DNA of 64,000 nucleotides, from assembly GCA_002633005.1 (NCBI GenBank), contig NMRA01000425.1, forward strand, positions 12,883 to 76,882, written 5' to 3'. The DNA comes from Phoronis australis. Its lineage: Eukaryota; Animalia; Phoronida. The position numbers and the translations under genes were made by a program. Each line of letters begins with the position of its first letter. Position 1 is the first letter of the stretch. The notes below the pieces were generated by a model, which was given only the letters and a program-made list of their open reading frames with translations, ran no database searches and was not told where the DNA came from. Of this stretch, positions 11,817 through 25,838 are shown in pieces.

Positions 11817-13458
11817 CGATATCTTACTAGTAGGCCTATTACAGTGTATTTGTCTGGTGTTTAGTCAGGAACAATGCACAGTCTACGTTAATGTCTCTAT
11901 TGAGTACATTTAAAAAGTTGCAGTAATTAAGATCACTCGATGTCGATTAAGAATTGAATAGTCGGACTCCTGATTAGTTATGATGGTGTTTTCGGTTTTG
12001 CAAGTTTTTAACATTTTGCTATGTTATGCACAATTTTATTAGTGTTAAATACAATAAAAGAACACTATAAATTCAATAGTTTTACTTTTACTGACAATAC
12101 GATGCACCGTTTATCGTATTGTGATGTTAATTATAATACCCGGCCTTGATTCGATTGCAACATTCCTGAAGTAGTTTAGTAAATGTCGGTTGTTTGTGTG
12201 TCTGTTGACATGTATTTCTGGCCGTGTTCGATTTTAATTCAGTCATTGCATTTGATCAATGAAATGAAATGGAGAAACGAGACGAGAACCATTACTTACC
12301 GTCTCACAGAGCTATGGTTCCATTCACAAAAATTTATGTAAACTCTCAGTGACTTGTCGCGTTGGATTAGGGACCCCTGTTGCCACCTGGTGGTGTTCAT
12401 ATGTACTTCCAGTTCAAAGTAGGGACTTAAAGGACTTGCAGAGTGTGCACGTTATATTGTATTCTTGTGTTATGACACAGTATGAAGAGCAAACACAATG
12501 GCAGTAATGCTCGCGTAAGTTGGTTCAACCACAACGAGATATGTCATCCTTCATGTACTAACCCCAATTTGGACCTGTCTGAAGGGCTAAATTCTTTATG
12601 TAGGAAAACCGCACTTTGGCAGACGGACCTTTGTCCGAGTTAAGCCAAAATGCAACTGATCCATGTCGAACTTACCACGAACTTTGTATTGAGGATACTG
12701 CAGGCGCAGCTTATCTTTCATAATGATATAGTCCTCTAATTCAGTTAGCAGTCATATTTGGGCTCCGTTTCATCCGGAATTAACAGTGAAATTGTTCCCT
12801 AGATGACGTTGGTGGGTATATGAAAACATTAAGAACAGACACTAGTCTAGATCCACCAGTGTGTCCAGTTTTGAATTGCACGTAGTAATTTGTTAAACTT
12901 ACCGTAAATACAAATGGTTTGTTTTGTTTTGCAAACATTTTCATGTCCGGTCCACACGCCACCTGTGGCAACATCACGTGTCCACGCCGGTTCAAAATTT
13001 ACATATTCAAATTGTTATGCGTGAAAATTGAATAAGTTCTATCCATTTAATTTCCTAATTCTCATAGATGCAATAACGTGTTGACTTCTGTATCGTGATC
13101 ATAAAATAAAAGCTTGCTTTTGCACCGAAGATTACTGGACAGGGTTGTGTGAGAGATTGTATAAAAGACATGGCAGGAGTTTTCGTCAAATGCACATACA
13201 AATTCCACTGTCCGTGATGTCAACTTCTCTGCTTGCCCCAAATACTGTCATGTGAGACTAAAGGTGCGTGTTTTATGTTTTGTTGCAATACTTTTGCTCG
13301 GAAAGGAAATTGGGGTAACTTTGGATTGTAGCCTACGGAATATGGCGGTTATGAAATTGATCAGTTTATTTTACGTCATGTGAAAAATCTGAGGGCCATG
13401 TGAAGTGTCAGTTATGTGACGTGTTTTAGGGCTCACATTTAAAATCTGCTCAAATTGT
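11817..13458. repeat. Near-identical duplicated block 2 (second copy about 18751-20353)
   Basis: Direct match from 'cgatatcttactagt' to 'ctgctcaaattgt'. Confidence 0.92.
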
Positions 13459-14734
13459 GGTTCTCTGCCACTAAAACAGAAGTGTATCTATTCAGCAGGT
13501 ATTTTACGGTTTGTTCGTAAAGATTTTGAATTTCTGTTGTTGTCAAAGTATTATTGCTTTAGTTTTAAATTTCCAAAAAAGATCTGTCAACTGCTCGTCA
13601 CTTCGTCGATTTTTCTCAAAAACACGGCAAAGCACGTCTCGCTATATATGGCATGGCATGACATAGACTTAGCACATTTCCCTTATATGGAAACTATGAC
13701 CTTTGAAATTTCATGTACACAAAACAATGGTGATTTCAAACCGCAACTAGTCCGACGTCTTTGAGCGCAAGCGCGCATACATGTACATATTGTTTTAGGC
13801 GGAGAATTTAAACATAGTTGAGATGAAAGAGTTTTTGTTTCCTCTGTGTTTTAAAAATAGCGGATCCAACGACTGTGTCTAGAAATTCTTGCGATATCTA
13901 AGTGAACAATTCTTACTTTAGCATCCACCATGATCTGTTTAAAAGTTGTTTTTTTTTAGTTTTTCGCGTTCCGTGCCTCTTTGAATCAAACCAGTTCTAC
14001 GGAGTTGTCGGTAAACATATCTACATGTACATTAGAATAATGATCAGTTTCTCCAAGTAAAGCAGCTAAAAACACTGTGTTCCGTCGAAGATGCAAACTA
14101 AATGATTCGCAACACTAACCGCAATAAAATTGAGATCAACCTGTTCTACTCAGATGAGAAATAATTTTTGTTTTGGAATTTTTTAGTTTGCAAGGAACTG
14201 ACAATTCGTTACTCTTTGAGACGGATGCTCGGCGCATCAAGTGACACTGTAACTAGCCATTTTGTAAAACCTAGTCTCGAGCAATAACGTTCAATTTAAC
14301 AAAGGAAATTTAGATTCTCAGTTTCATAAGAGTATGTGGTCTATATAAAAAGTTGATTATAGTATTGTAAGGCGAGTCTGTTGTTGCTTTAAATTTTGGA
14401 AAACATCTTACTGTGTGTACAATCGCCTGTAATTGCTAAGTTTGGGTAACTCGACGGCTGTGAAAAAGGAGCCGCTCACACCGTGACTTGTAAAATTCCA
14501 TTACTTAGTTAGGCAAAGATAAATCAGTAGTTTTAACAAAGCAATGTTGACGGGATGGGCGATGTCTGAAGCTGCTGGTCACGCAATTAGCGTCTGGTGG
14601 CATCACTAAAACACTCATTAAACTTGAAGGTATTGCAACCCTTTTAAAATATGAACTAAACAAGTGTTTACTTACGTAGTGTTTCATATACACTAATAAA
14701 GTTCCTTGGCTCATTGTCCAGAGGGACATTTGCA

Positions 14735-15742
14735 TAGGCGGATGTAGGGGGGGGCAGGGGGCCGGCCCCTCCCCCCCCCCTTGGCTGCCGCAAAAAAAAA
14801 ATAAAACAGCAAGGGAAATGTTGATTTGATTAATTAACCCCGGTAATTAAAATTATAAGGATGAAACACGATTTAAATGTGTGCAGTTTTAGTGTTTGAG
14901 GGGGGGGGTTTCAGATCCAATTTCAAGTGTCAAATTCGGAACACGGCCCATTCGTAACGGAATTATGACTAAGTACATGTATAGGATCTCCCGCGATATC
15001 CCAGGCGACCGGCAGTGGCGCTGCGCACTACGACTCCGTTTCCGTCGTCTGCTCCACTGTGCAATGAAGAAAATTTACTTCATTTTTTAAAGAAAATGAA
15101 ACAGAAGCTGCTGGTAAGATGTGAATTTTAATCGAAGCCTTAGTGAATCACTCAGAAACTCATAATTCTCTCTTTCTCAAACCTTAAAACTTAAGACGAT
15201 TTCCAAAGCAATCCCGTCATTATTGCCAACACGAAAAACGGATTTGGTCTTTTTGGGCATTTGAAGACTATTTTAAATACAACAAATTTGTTAAGAACCG
15301 ATTACACAAAATATAAACCATGTAATAAGCATTACAAAAAGAAGTAGGTTTCGCGCGCAAACGCTGTGGACCAAAAACAAGAAGGTCTCTTATCATGAAT
15401 TTAGTAGGTAAGTTGTGGTGGTGTAGGGGTAAAGCACGCGCGCTCTGTCCGCCGGGTCGTGAGTGCGAGTCTCTGATATTTTTAGTTTTTCCTGTTTGAC
15501 ACGACCCGTTCTCCGCGTATTTTTATCTTTTTGCCTTTTTTTCTTGGATAATACTTCAGGAATGAAGGAAAATGCTTGATTTTTAGAGGAAAAAACAGAA
15601 AAATTTCCTGGGCGGGAGGGGAGCCCCCCTCCCGACCTCCTCCCATTCGGTGCTATGCGCATCTACAATCGTGGTTTGCGCAAATGCTTACAGCCGGACA
15701 AAATGTTGCCCCCCCCCTTGTGATATCCTAGATCCGCCACTG
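14735..15742. mobile_element. Non-autonomous TIR element, hAT-like; internal part repeated at about 20477-21055
   Basis: Left end taggcggatgtaggggggg and right end cctagatccgccactg are imperfect inverted repeats of the CAGTGGCGGATCTAG type, with G/C-run subtermini. Confidence 0.6.
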
Positions 15743-18700
15743 AAATATCCCATATCCTGGTGTTGNTTACTACGCAAGCCAACACCTGCGTGTGATTACC
15801 AAATGCCACCTGACTAGAACGACGTCTTTCGTGGAAATGCAATTAGAGTTGAAAATGTATAAACTGCATGCTTATGAAATGGACAATATTACAAAGACTA
15901 CGGATAGCCATAAAATGAGTAAAGTTTAAAACACCATAATTTGTTAAATTGATAAGAATCAACCAAGAAAAAGTTATCATTAGTTTAATTAATTCAAATT
16001 GTTATGGACTTTCAACATGGCGGCTTGTCCTGAGACGTGTTTGTGAACACTGCTGTCATTTTATCCTCGAAGCCTGTATTGAAAAACCAAACATTGAAAA
16101 TACCCCAGCTGTATCGAGCAAAAGTGCACCTGCAACAACCAACGCAAGCAATAGAAGGCGCCGTACATAGAGGAGTCAGTCTAGTGAGAAGTTTAAAGTT
16201 GCCATTATTAGATATATGCGCTAGGAAGATGTTTAAAGATTTTCTGGATGAATTAAAAGGTTCGTGAAATCTTCAATACCCTCAAGCTCAAGTTTCACAA
16301 AGATTCAACGTGTCTAGCAAAAACTAGTCCCTCAGAAACAAGCAGATGAATCACTGGAGAAAGAGCTTGACCACTTGGTTCAGTACCATCGGCGAAATTC
16401 TTTGGTGGTAAGCAGTATCCCTGAAACAGGTGACATTATTTTAGCACGTGCTAGTACGAAGGGATCCAATGTTACCCAAGCAATCAAGGTACTAACAAGG
16501 AGTGGACATCATAGCAAAATTTACGAATTATTAGCCTATGCTCATGCCAACTTTATATTATTCTGCCATAGAACGCGAAAAACAAGACTAAGTTGCATTC
16601 TCATGATGCCAAAGCACTTTCGTATGGAGGCCCATTAGTGCCAGGAAAGGTAAAACTGGAATCTGCTAATGTATAATACCGATTGTCAATCTTTTAATAC
16701 AGATTGGCAATCTGTCGTACGGATTGGCAATCTGTTAATACGGATTGTTGATCCGTTAATACGGATTGTCAATCTGTTGTTTTGAATTGTCAATCTGGAA
16801 ATTACGGCAATCTGTTGGTAAGAAATGGTAATCAATTGGCTACGACCAGTGGCTCATACAGGAAGCACGGTACTGAAAGTGCCGTCAATCGACATCTGAG
16901 AAATTTGTTGAACTAGTCCGGAATTTGACTACTGAGCACTGCACGAGGCTTTAAGGGACTAAGTCGGTATTCGTACCGCATTTTTATACCAGGATCTATA
17001 CGTATGCTGTGTCCTGCCTCCCAGTACTAATAGAACGTGTATGCATTTTCTCCAAACTGCTTCCTAGGGGGAGCTTTTGGACATGGACGTGCGTCCAAGA
17101 TTGTAACAACAATGAAAAGGTAGACGAAGAAGTAACACAGCAAACTACATTATGTGCCTGCCACACATATCATTGCCATTTAGTTCGAGTAAAATTGAAA
17201 TTTGAGAACACAAAAATTTAATGCATTTTCACTACGATTTATGAAGATTTCATTCTAGTCATCACTGGAAGGGGTTCTTCATAATCATTTCCAAGTTAGA
17301 TGCACCATAATTTTCACTCTAAACGCCTGATCTAATTTTTTTCTCTTTCGGATATAATTGTGAGGATTTTTACACACTTGTAGGGAAAAGAAAAACGAAA
17401 GACAAAATATTGCCTATGCGTCATAACTTGACACACGTGCTCTTTTAAAGGGGGTGAAAGCCACCATACATTTCTCCGTCCCCGGATCTGACCTTAAATT
17501 TTAGTATTCTTAACAACGGAGTGTCACAGAAGACCATCGTGTGTGCTTGGAGTATTTGCACTGCCCTAAAAAATGATGGAGGCGTCCTCTTGTAAAAACA
17601 TCATTACTTGCAAAGCATTCTAATACAAAACTAAAAAGGGCGTTACTTGCATGGGATACCAACAAATGATACTTGTATGCATGCAGCAATGTGCACGCCG
17701 ATTGGGAAATAATGAAATGAGAAAAAACTCACAATTAATTGAGATTGAAAAAGATCATCAAAAACTACTTGAAATTGAAAGTGTTTCTTTTTCCTAAATT
17801 CAATCGGTGCTATTGAATTTTAATTCAAAGTGACGGAGGATCCTCCCTTTGGATTTGAGCTTTTAAGAGGGTGTCTAACTCTTTTCGAAGGTAGGTGTAT
17901 GATCTTGAAATTAAGCTAACATCATCCCTAAAACATTTGAAGTCCAACATTATCGATTGAACAGTATTCGTGAAAGCTGACACCTGAATAAGATTGTGCG
18001 TCTAGACTGGGTTGCATCAAACTTCAAAACGCCGGATAATTTTTTACATGACTTCAGATAAATTGTTTAACAATGACAACATGACACGTGATGGCGTGAT
18101 GCCATTGGCTACTTCTTATATACAACGGGTCCAGAATGTGGTACATAGCCAGATTGATCGGTGCTGAAACAGAGGAAGTGAGAGGTCTATGTCACTCTGG
18201 GTGATTATGGGGAATGATTGACAGCTAGCATCAGCAGTCAAAAATGGACTGAACCACCGGATGAGGGCTGCAGTTTTCTGTGGTCATTTTTTGTTCTAAG
18301 AAAGATTTATTTTTTTCTGATTGAATTTTGGCAAACTCTGTGTTGGACACTAAATTACTTGAATATATTCGCCTAAATGAACTAAAAGGTTTGTTAGATT
18401 TTTATTGACAATTACATTTAGGAGATGGACGATGAATACACTTTTAAATACGGAATCTGTGCTATAGATGATGCTGATGGACTCTGTAGTTGACATTTTG
18501 CGTCTTTGTAGACTACTGTTATTTGCTTATCTGCATCCGTGGGCAAAAGACATTTCATTAGGAGCAACTGGTGAAATGTGTGATAGTGTGCAAAACTGCT
18601 GCTTTTGAAGAGTCTGAGGACAAGGTTGACGGAATGATGCGTATTTAAGATACGTGAGCAAAGACATAAGTTGTCCTATTTTTCCATGAGGTGGTGATGT

Positions 18701-21273
18701 TGTAAGAATGTTGTCTTATTAACTACTGGTTAGACTTTGAAAATAATTGACGATATCTTACTAGTAGACCTATTACAGTGTATTTGTTTGGTGTTTAGTC
18801 AGGAACAATGCACAGTCTACGTTAATGTCTCTATTGAGTACATTTAAGAAGTTGCAGTAATTAAGATCACTCGATGTCGATTAAGAATTGAATAGTCAGA
18901 CTCCTGATTAGTTATGATGGTGTTTTCGGTTTTGCAAGTTTTTAACGTTTTGCTATGTTATGCACAATTTTATTATTGTTAAATACAATAAAAGAACACT
19001 ATAAATTCAATAGTTTTACTTTTACTGACAATACGATGCACCGTTTATCGTATTGTGATGTTAATTATAATACCCGGCCTTGATTCGATTGCAACATTCC
19101 TGAAGTAGTTTAGTAAATGTCGATTATCTGTGTGTCTGTTGACGTGTATTTCTGGCCGTGTTCGATTTTAATTCAGTCATTGCATTTGATCAATGAAATG
19201 AAATGGAGAAACGAGACGAGAACCATTACTTACCGTCTCACAGCGCTATGGTTCCATTCACAAAAATTTATGTAAACTCTCAGTGACTTGTCGCGTTGGA
19301 TTAGGGACCCCTGTTGCCACCTGGTGGTGTTCATATGTACTTCCAGTTCAAAGTAGGGACTTGCAGAGTGTGCACGTTATATTGTATTCTTGTGTTATGA
19401 CACAGTATGAAGAGCAAACACAATGCAGTAATGCTCGCGTAAGTTGGTTCAACCAGAACGAGATATGTCATCCTTCATGTACTAACCCCAATTTGGACCT
19501 GTCTGAAGGGCTAAATTCTTTATGTAGAACAACCGCACTTTGGCAGACGGACCTTTGTCTGAGTTAAGCCAAAATGCATCTGATGCATGTTGAACTTACC
19601 ACGAACTTTGTATTGAGGATACTGCAGGCGCAGCTTATCTTTCATAATGATATAGCCCTCTAATTCAGTTAGAAGTCATATTTGGGCTCCGTTTCATACG
19701 GAATTAACAGTGAAATTGTTCACTAGATGACGTTGGTGGTTATATGAAAACATTAAGAACAGACACTAGTCTAGATCCATCAGTGTGTTCAGTTTTGTAC
19801 TGCACGTCTTGTTTTGTTTTGCAAACATTTTCATGTCTGGTCCACACGCCACCTGTGGCAACATCACGTGTCCACGCCGGTTCAAAATTTACATATTCAA
19901 ATTGTTATGCGTGAAAATTGAATTAGTTCTATGCATTTAATTTCCTAATTCTCATAGATGCAATAACGTGTTGACTTCTGTATCGTGAACATAAAATAAA
20001 ATAAAAGCTTGCTTTTGCACCAAAGATTACTGGACAGGGTTGTGTGAGAGATTGTATAATGAGACATGGCAGGAGTTTTCGCCAAATGCGGAAACAATTC
20101 CACTGTCCGGGATGTCAATTTCTCTGCTTGCCCCAAATACTGTCATATGAGACTAAAGGTGTGTGTTATATGTTTTGTTGCAAAACTTTTGCTCAGAAAG
20201 GAAATTGGGATAACTTTGGATTGTAGCCTACGGAACATGGCGGTTATGAAATTGGTCAGTTTATTTAAAATCATGTGAAAAATCTGAGGGCCATGTGAAG
20301 TGTTAGTTATGTGACGTGTTTTAGGGCTCATATTTAAAATCTGCTCAAATTGTTCAATTCAGTTATTTAGTCAGTTAAACGGTTCTCCCAACCTTATTGT
20401 CCTCTTTTTAGTTTAACTTGCAATCATGTGTGTTTCACGCAAGAAACAAACTAAGTTGTGTTATTCAAAGTGGTTCTCTCCCGCGATATCCCAGGCGACC
20501 GGCAGTGGCGCTGCGCACTACGACTCCGTTTCCGTCGTCTGCTCCACTGTGCAATGAAGAAATTTTACTTCATTTTTTAAAGAAGATGGAACCTGAGTGA
20601 CGATGAAAAAACAGAAGCTGCTGGAAAGATGTGAATTTTAATCGAAGCTTTAGTGAATCACTTAGAAACTCATAATTCTCTCTTTCTCAAACCTTAACTT
20701 AAGACGATTTCCAAACCAATCCCGTCATTATTGCCAACACGAAAAACGGATTTGGTCTTTTTGGGCATTTGAAGACTATTTTAAATACAAAAAATTTGTT
20801 AAGAACCGATTACACAAAATATAAAACATGTAATAAGCATTACAAAAAGAAGTAGGTTTCGCGCGCAAACGCTTTGAACCAAAAACAAGTAAGTCTCTTA
20901 TTAAGAGCTTATTAGGTAAGTCGTGGTGGTGTAGAGGTAAAGCACGCTCGCTCTGTCCGTCGGGTCGTGAGTACGAGTCTCTGATATTTTGAGTTTTTCC
21001 TGTTTGACACGTTCTCCATGTTTTTTTTGCCTTTTCTTCTTGGGTAATACTTCAGGGGGAGCAAGTTTTCGGTTATACAGAATTTGTTAAACGCACGACA
21101 CTTTTCATTGTTACAGTCTTTATTCCGTTACGTTCGTACTTTCGGAACAAAACTCTACTCTCAACTGAACATAGATACAGTAACTGACCTAGCGACATAA
21201 TTAAAAGATACACGATATTTCGAAACATACTTGTTTCATTCTCAAGTGAAGATAAAATGACACAGTAATGCCA

Positions 21274-21830
21274 TCACAGAGCATAAGCTGATGACACACA
21301 CAGTGAGACACGGCGGGTGTGAAATGAATGGGGGTAACAGGAAAGCCACGCAAACAAGTGTAGCGTGCGGCGCGACCCTGTTTGCTGCTCATTCAAAACA
21401 GGCTTCTCGAAAGCAATTAAAAGGGACTCTAATACTTTCAAACGCAGCACATCTTGCTCCACGTAGCGAATTGACGTGTTTTCCACAATTTCTCGACGGG
21501 TGATTTTACGTTCGTGACATTGCAGAAGATGATCTTGGATGGCGCCATTTTGAAGATGCATGGATAAATGACGGGAAACACTGCAAACCGTTTGACCAAT
21601 GTAACATTGTTTGACGTTTGAACGAAGACATTCGTTCATAGGGCATACAAACTCATAAACAACACTACACTGTGCAACGTGGCGGACTTTCGCTTTAGAA
21701 ATGTTATTTGTCATGACCAAGTTGAAGGACTTCCTATTCCGATAATAAATAATAACATCGAGGTAATCATCAGGCTTACAAACTTTAACCAGTACTTCTA
21801 TCAATACCTTCCAATTATCAAAACTCTCCC
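21274..21830 (-). mobile_element. Penelope-like element 3' fragment with GIY-YIG endonuclease (Naiad/Chlamys-like)
   Basis: VVYEFVCP...CYIGQT..SVSRHLSMHLQNGAIQDH...RLKVLESLLI..KPVLNEQ. Confidence 0.75.
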
Positions 21831-21859
21831 TTCTAAAGAACTGGCAGTTTTAAAATTGT

Positions 21860-22380
21860 GATTAAGCTCAAAAAGTTAACACCTTGATTTCGACCAATAA
21901 CAAATCGTGTAATTTCCAGACTGTTAAACGCTTTACTTAAGTTCACAAAGGCACAGTGCATTTTCCCACCTCTTTTTGATAAACTTATGCGGACCAAAGC
22001 ACGATGTAGAACAAAAATGCTATCCACGGGTCAAATAACCCACCCTAAATCCGGCTTGTTCCTCAGGGATACATTACATTGTATCCGACCACTCAGTTAG
22101 CCTTTTGCTTAATATTAATGTAAACAGCTTGCTCATGCTATCTATTAAAGAAATTATCCTGTAATTTTTTGAGTTATTTTTGTCTCCTTTCTTGTATATA
22201 GAAACAGTTATACTCTTTCTCCAGATCTCCAGGAATATGCCTGCCGCCAATGCATTGTTGAACAGGTTGCATAGTATTTCAAGGATGTCAACTGTCAATT
22301 ATTTGATAACTTCTTTTGGAATACCATCTTCTCCAGGTGTTTTATTGCTTTTAAAGGAGCATGCCACCCAAAAAACAACC
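21860..22380 (-). mobile_element. Degenerate non-LTR retrotransposon RT fragment
   Basis: WRKSITVSIYKKGDKNNSKNYRIISLIDSMSKLFT and HCAFVNLSKAFNS motifs, with stops and frameshifts. Confidence 0.8.
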
Positions 22381-23199
22381 TAATTTGTATCAATTTAGAT
22401 CGAGTAGTTCTACTCCATAACGGCACGTACGGTTGCGTTACCTGACACCTGACGGCAGACTGAGGTGTTGAAATTGTCCAATGACGTATTTGGTTTCACA
22501 CGCAGTCTGTTAAACAGTTCACAACACGGGTTACTGGTGTCAGCTTATCGCTTGAATTTTGTCGGACTTTTTGTTTCCCAGAGGCGGACCTTTTTGCCCA
22601 CTTCGCCACTTTGCCCTCGTTCGAGCCCCCGAGCCCCCATCGGTGCGCACATGGTCAGGGCAGAAGTTGTACATTGACAATCATTATCTGAATAATGTAA
22701 ATATAAATAAAGATTCCCCTAACATCTGGTCGTGGGGTGGAAATCGAGTTGTTTCACAACAGTTTCTGCCATCAAACACTAAATTAGCATAAGCTCACAC
22801 GGCCTCGGTGTCCCGTCAATTAGTTTTATTGCACCTAAACCCGGTAACGCAGTGATTTATTCATTGCTGACTTCTCAAATCATTTGCACTCAGGAACACT
22901 CCAAAGGCATTACAAATTGCATCTAATGAGACAGACATTATTTCAGTTTTATATAAGTATTGGTTAGGGTGAGAATAATTCATTTTGAAACAGAACGCTC
23001 AGTAATAAACGTCAACATGGCAACTCGCAGTCCCCCGCGACTTAGACGAGAGCTCATCAGTCCCGACGAAGACTTCGCAGGNTCTTAGACGGAAGCCATC
23101 TTTATTCCAACTCCCTCCACTAGCGCCACCTAACAGTTACATAACTAACTACTCAACAGATATAGACCGATTAATAAGGCAAAAAAGACTAATGAAATC

Positions 23200-23420
23200 G
23201 GGTGGCATTCTCCTTTAAGTTTATTTATTGCCTGATTGATTTCGGACATGTCGAATTCCTTATAAAGTTGTATCAGGATTTCATCGCCAGGTGTGTTGGC
23301 ACAGTCATTGCAGCTTTCGTCATGCTCTCGCATTTCGTACAACAAATTATTAAGGAGGTCCCTGTTTTCAATGTTCAAAAGATTTTCAAAATAGTTATAC
23401 CATTCATTCCACCTTGTTTT
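23200..23420 (-). mobile_element. LINE ORF2 linker remnant
   Basis: WYNYFENLLN...EFDMSEINQAINKLK resembles the pre-RT linker of LINE ORF2. Confidence 0.5.
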
Positions 23421-24260
23421 CCAAGTGCGCCATCTGTTGCAGTATGGCGGAAACAAACTACAACTGTTTCATACAAGAAATCCCTATTGCTCCTCCTTGC
23501 ATTTACAGCCGTATTTGTCAACGTCAAAACGTTGCATTTTAAATGGAAATTGCTAATTTTTGGTTTCCAGGCGAATGTGTGTAGGCTTCCTATGTGTCAT
23601 CCGGGGTATTAACGTTTCACGACCAAAATGATATTTATGTTGAATGATATTAACTTCGTGAAAATATAGTAGCTTTCACACCGGAGCTACAAGACCGTAA
23701 AATATGTTGTATTTTGTGATTATACGGGTTCGAGTCGAAAAGACGTGTCCATGTAATCGCGGTTTTATGATTCGGAACTTCGCTGAATGTTGTCGTTGTT
23801 CAGTTCGATTTGAAATGTATTGTAATTTATTGACGGCTTTATGTTACATATTAAGTACACTCTCTGCCTCATTGCTTGTTGTGAAACTTGAACCTTCTTG
23901 AATTTGTTTATCAAATAGCTTTTACACTGGACATTTTTACCGATGAAAGTACACCTAAACGTGAATTTACCAAAAAATACCAGTCAATCTGATCTTGGCT
24001 GATCTACTTATTGACGATGCTAACGTGAACGTTATTCATTTTGAACATAACAAAATGTCTAGATAAAATCGTCAGATTCACTTTATTTAGTATATAAGTG
24101 CCATTGTTTTGTTGACATCAAAGGGCAAAAATAACATTTTTGTAATGCGTAGCAATGGAAATTGTAGCTCTAAATTTATATGTTATGTATGGTTTTTAAT
24201 CATCTGTCACGCAGGTTGAAAATTCTCTGAATGTTGGTTTTGGGAAATCAATGGTATCGC

Positions 24261-25116
24261 TGATTTTGACCGCAGTGAGAGATTTTCCCGGAATAGAATG
24301 TTCAGCTTCTAAATTTAACCAATGAAAAATTCATCACAAGAATTATATTCACGCAGAAAACTTAAATATATTTAAGTTTTCAAATGTGAATGGTATTTAA
24401 CAGCACATAAATTTCTTGCTTTTTAATTCTTAATTGCGTGTAGTTTAAGCCGTGTCGTGGGCGCCGTATTATTCTCACTGATGTTCACAGATGTAACGTG
24501 CTTTGTCGCTGCATTCCTTGCTTTGCAGGTTCTGTGTACTGGGATTGAAAACCTCGCATGCCGCATCTGAAAAAGTGGCAACAATCACGTGGTACATGTA
24601 TGAGTAATACAGTAACAATGAGAAGTTTGAGTTGCCGATTACTTACATGTACTTGAATGCACCACAACTCTTGGTGTTGGTGNNNNNNNNNNNNTGATTT
24701 TGACCGCAGTGAGAGATTTTCCCGGAATAAAATGTTCAGCTTCTAAATTTAACCAATGAAAAATTCATCACAAGAATTATATTCACGCAGAAAACTTAAA
24801 TATATTTAAGTTTTCAAATGTGAATGGTATTTAACAGCACATAAATTTCTTGCTTTTTAATTCTTAATTGCGTGTAGTTTAAGCCGTGTCGTGGGTGCCG
24901 TATTATTCTCACTGATTTTCACAGATGTAACGTGCTTTGTCGCTGCATTCCTTGCTTTGCAGGTTCTGTGTACTGGGATTGAAAACCTCGCATGCCGCAT
25001 CTGAAAAAGTGGCAACAATCACGTGGTACATGTATGAGTAATACAGTAACAGTCAGAAGTTTGAGTTGCCGATTAGTTACATGTACTTGAATGCACCACA
25101 ACTCTTGGTGTTGGTG
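24261..25116. repeat. 422-bp direct duplication around an N gap, including copy B exon 3
   Basis: 24261-24682 and 24695-25116 are near-identical and separated by 12 Ns. Confidence 0.9.
24909..25000 (-). CDS. Copy B exon 3: CTL C-half (duplicate at 24475-24566)
   Basis: tttttcag acceptor; (D)AACEVFNPSTQNLQSKECSDKARYICENQ*. Confidence 0.72.
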
Positions 25117-25838
25117 AAAGAAATTTGTTGCTTGACCTTGACATATATTTTAAATAATAAATAACATTCTGAGTACAACAGAGTGTATGTGATCGTTTGC
25201 CCGAGCGGCACTAATACAAATTTCGTTCAGACAGATAGTTGGCATATTTAGGGAGACAAGGTCTCGCCTCTTAGGAAACGACCGAAACAAATGCAGCCGA
25301 TATGTCACTTGAACGAGATTTGTAGGGGCTACGCAAACATGTGACTTCAGAAAATAGTAATTCGTCCCCCATTTTTCCTCAGAAATGTGTGACCCCCCTT
25401 ACATCTAACTTTAATCCGCCTGTAAAATACAAATCATGAAATTTAATTTATAATCAGCAACTAATTTGCTTGGTTCTCCAAAATTAAGCAAGCTGAACCG
25501 CATGATCACGTGACTCATAAACGAGGAGTTTTTCTTTATTTTAATTTAGAACGTGAAGTTAATTTGACAACACAGTGGTATTGTATAGTGAGTCAGCTAG
25601 CAATATGTGAATGAATTTCTTGTCGAACGCCTACACTTAAAAGATACAAATTAAATTGCATACTTATTCTGTTTATTTAAAAACGCAGCTTTTAAAAAAC
25701 GTCATTGCTACAGTTTGTTTGTTGCACGTGTTACCAATAATTATGTTGAAAAAGATTATTATTACTAAATACCTATCTACAAAGCGGAAAATTCATAGGA
25801 GGCAACTTTTGAAAGGAGGACAAAAGGTAAATTCTTAC

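Noticed and set aside
17280-18750. Possible gene in the haplotype-specific insert
   Set aside because: No sustained open frame or motif that I can recognise on either strand.
21274-21804. Selenoprotein-coding Naiad element
   Set aside because: Only a decayed fragment; I cannot identify an in-frame UGA or SECIS.
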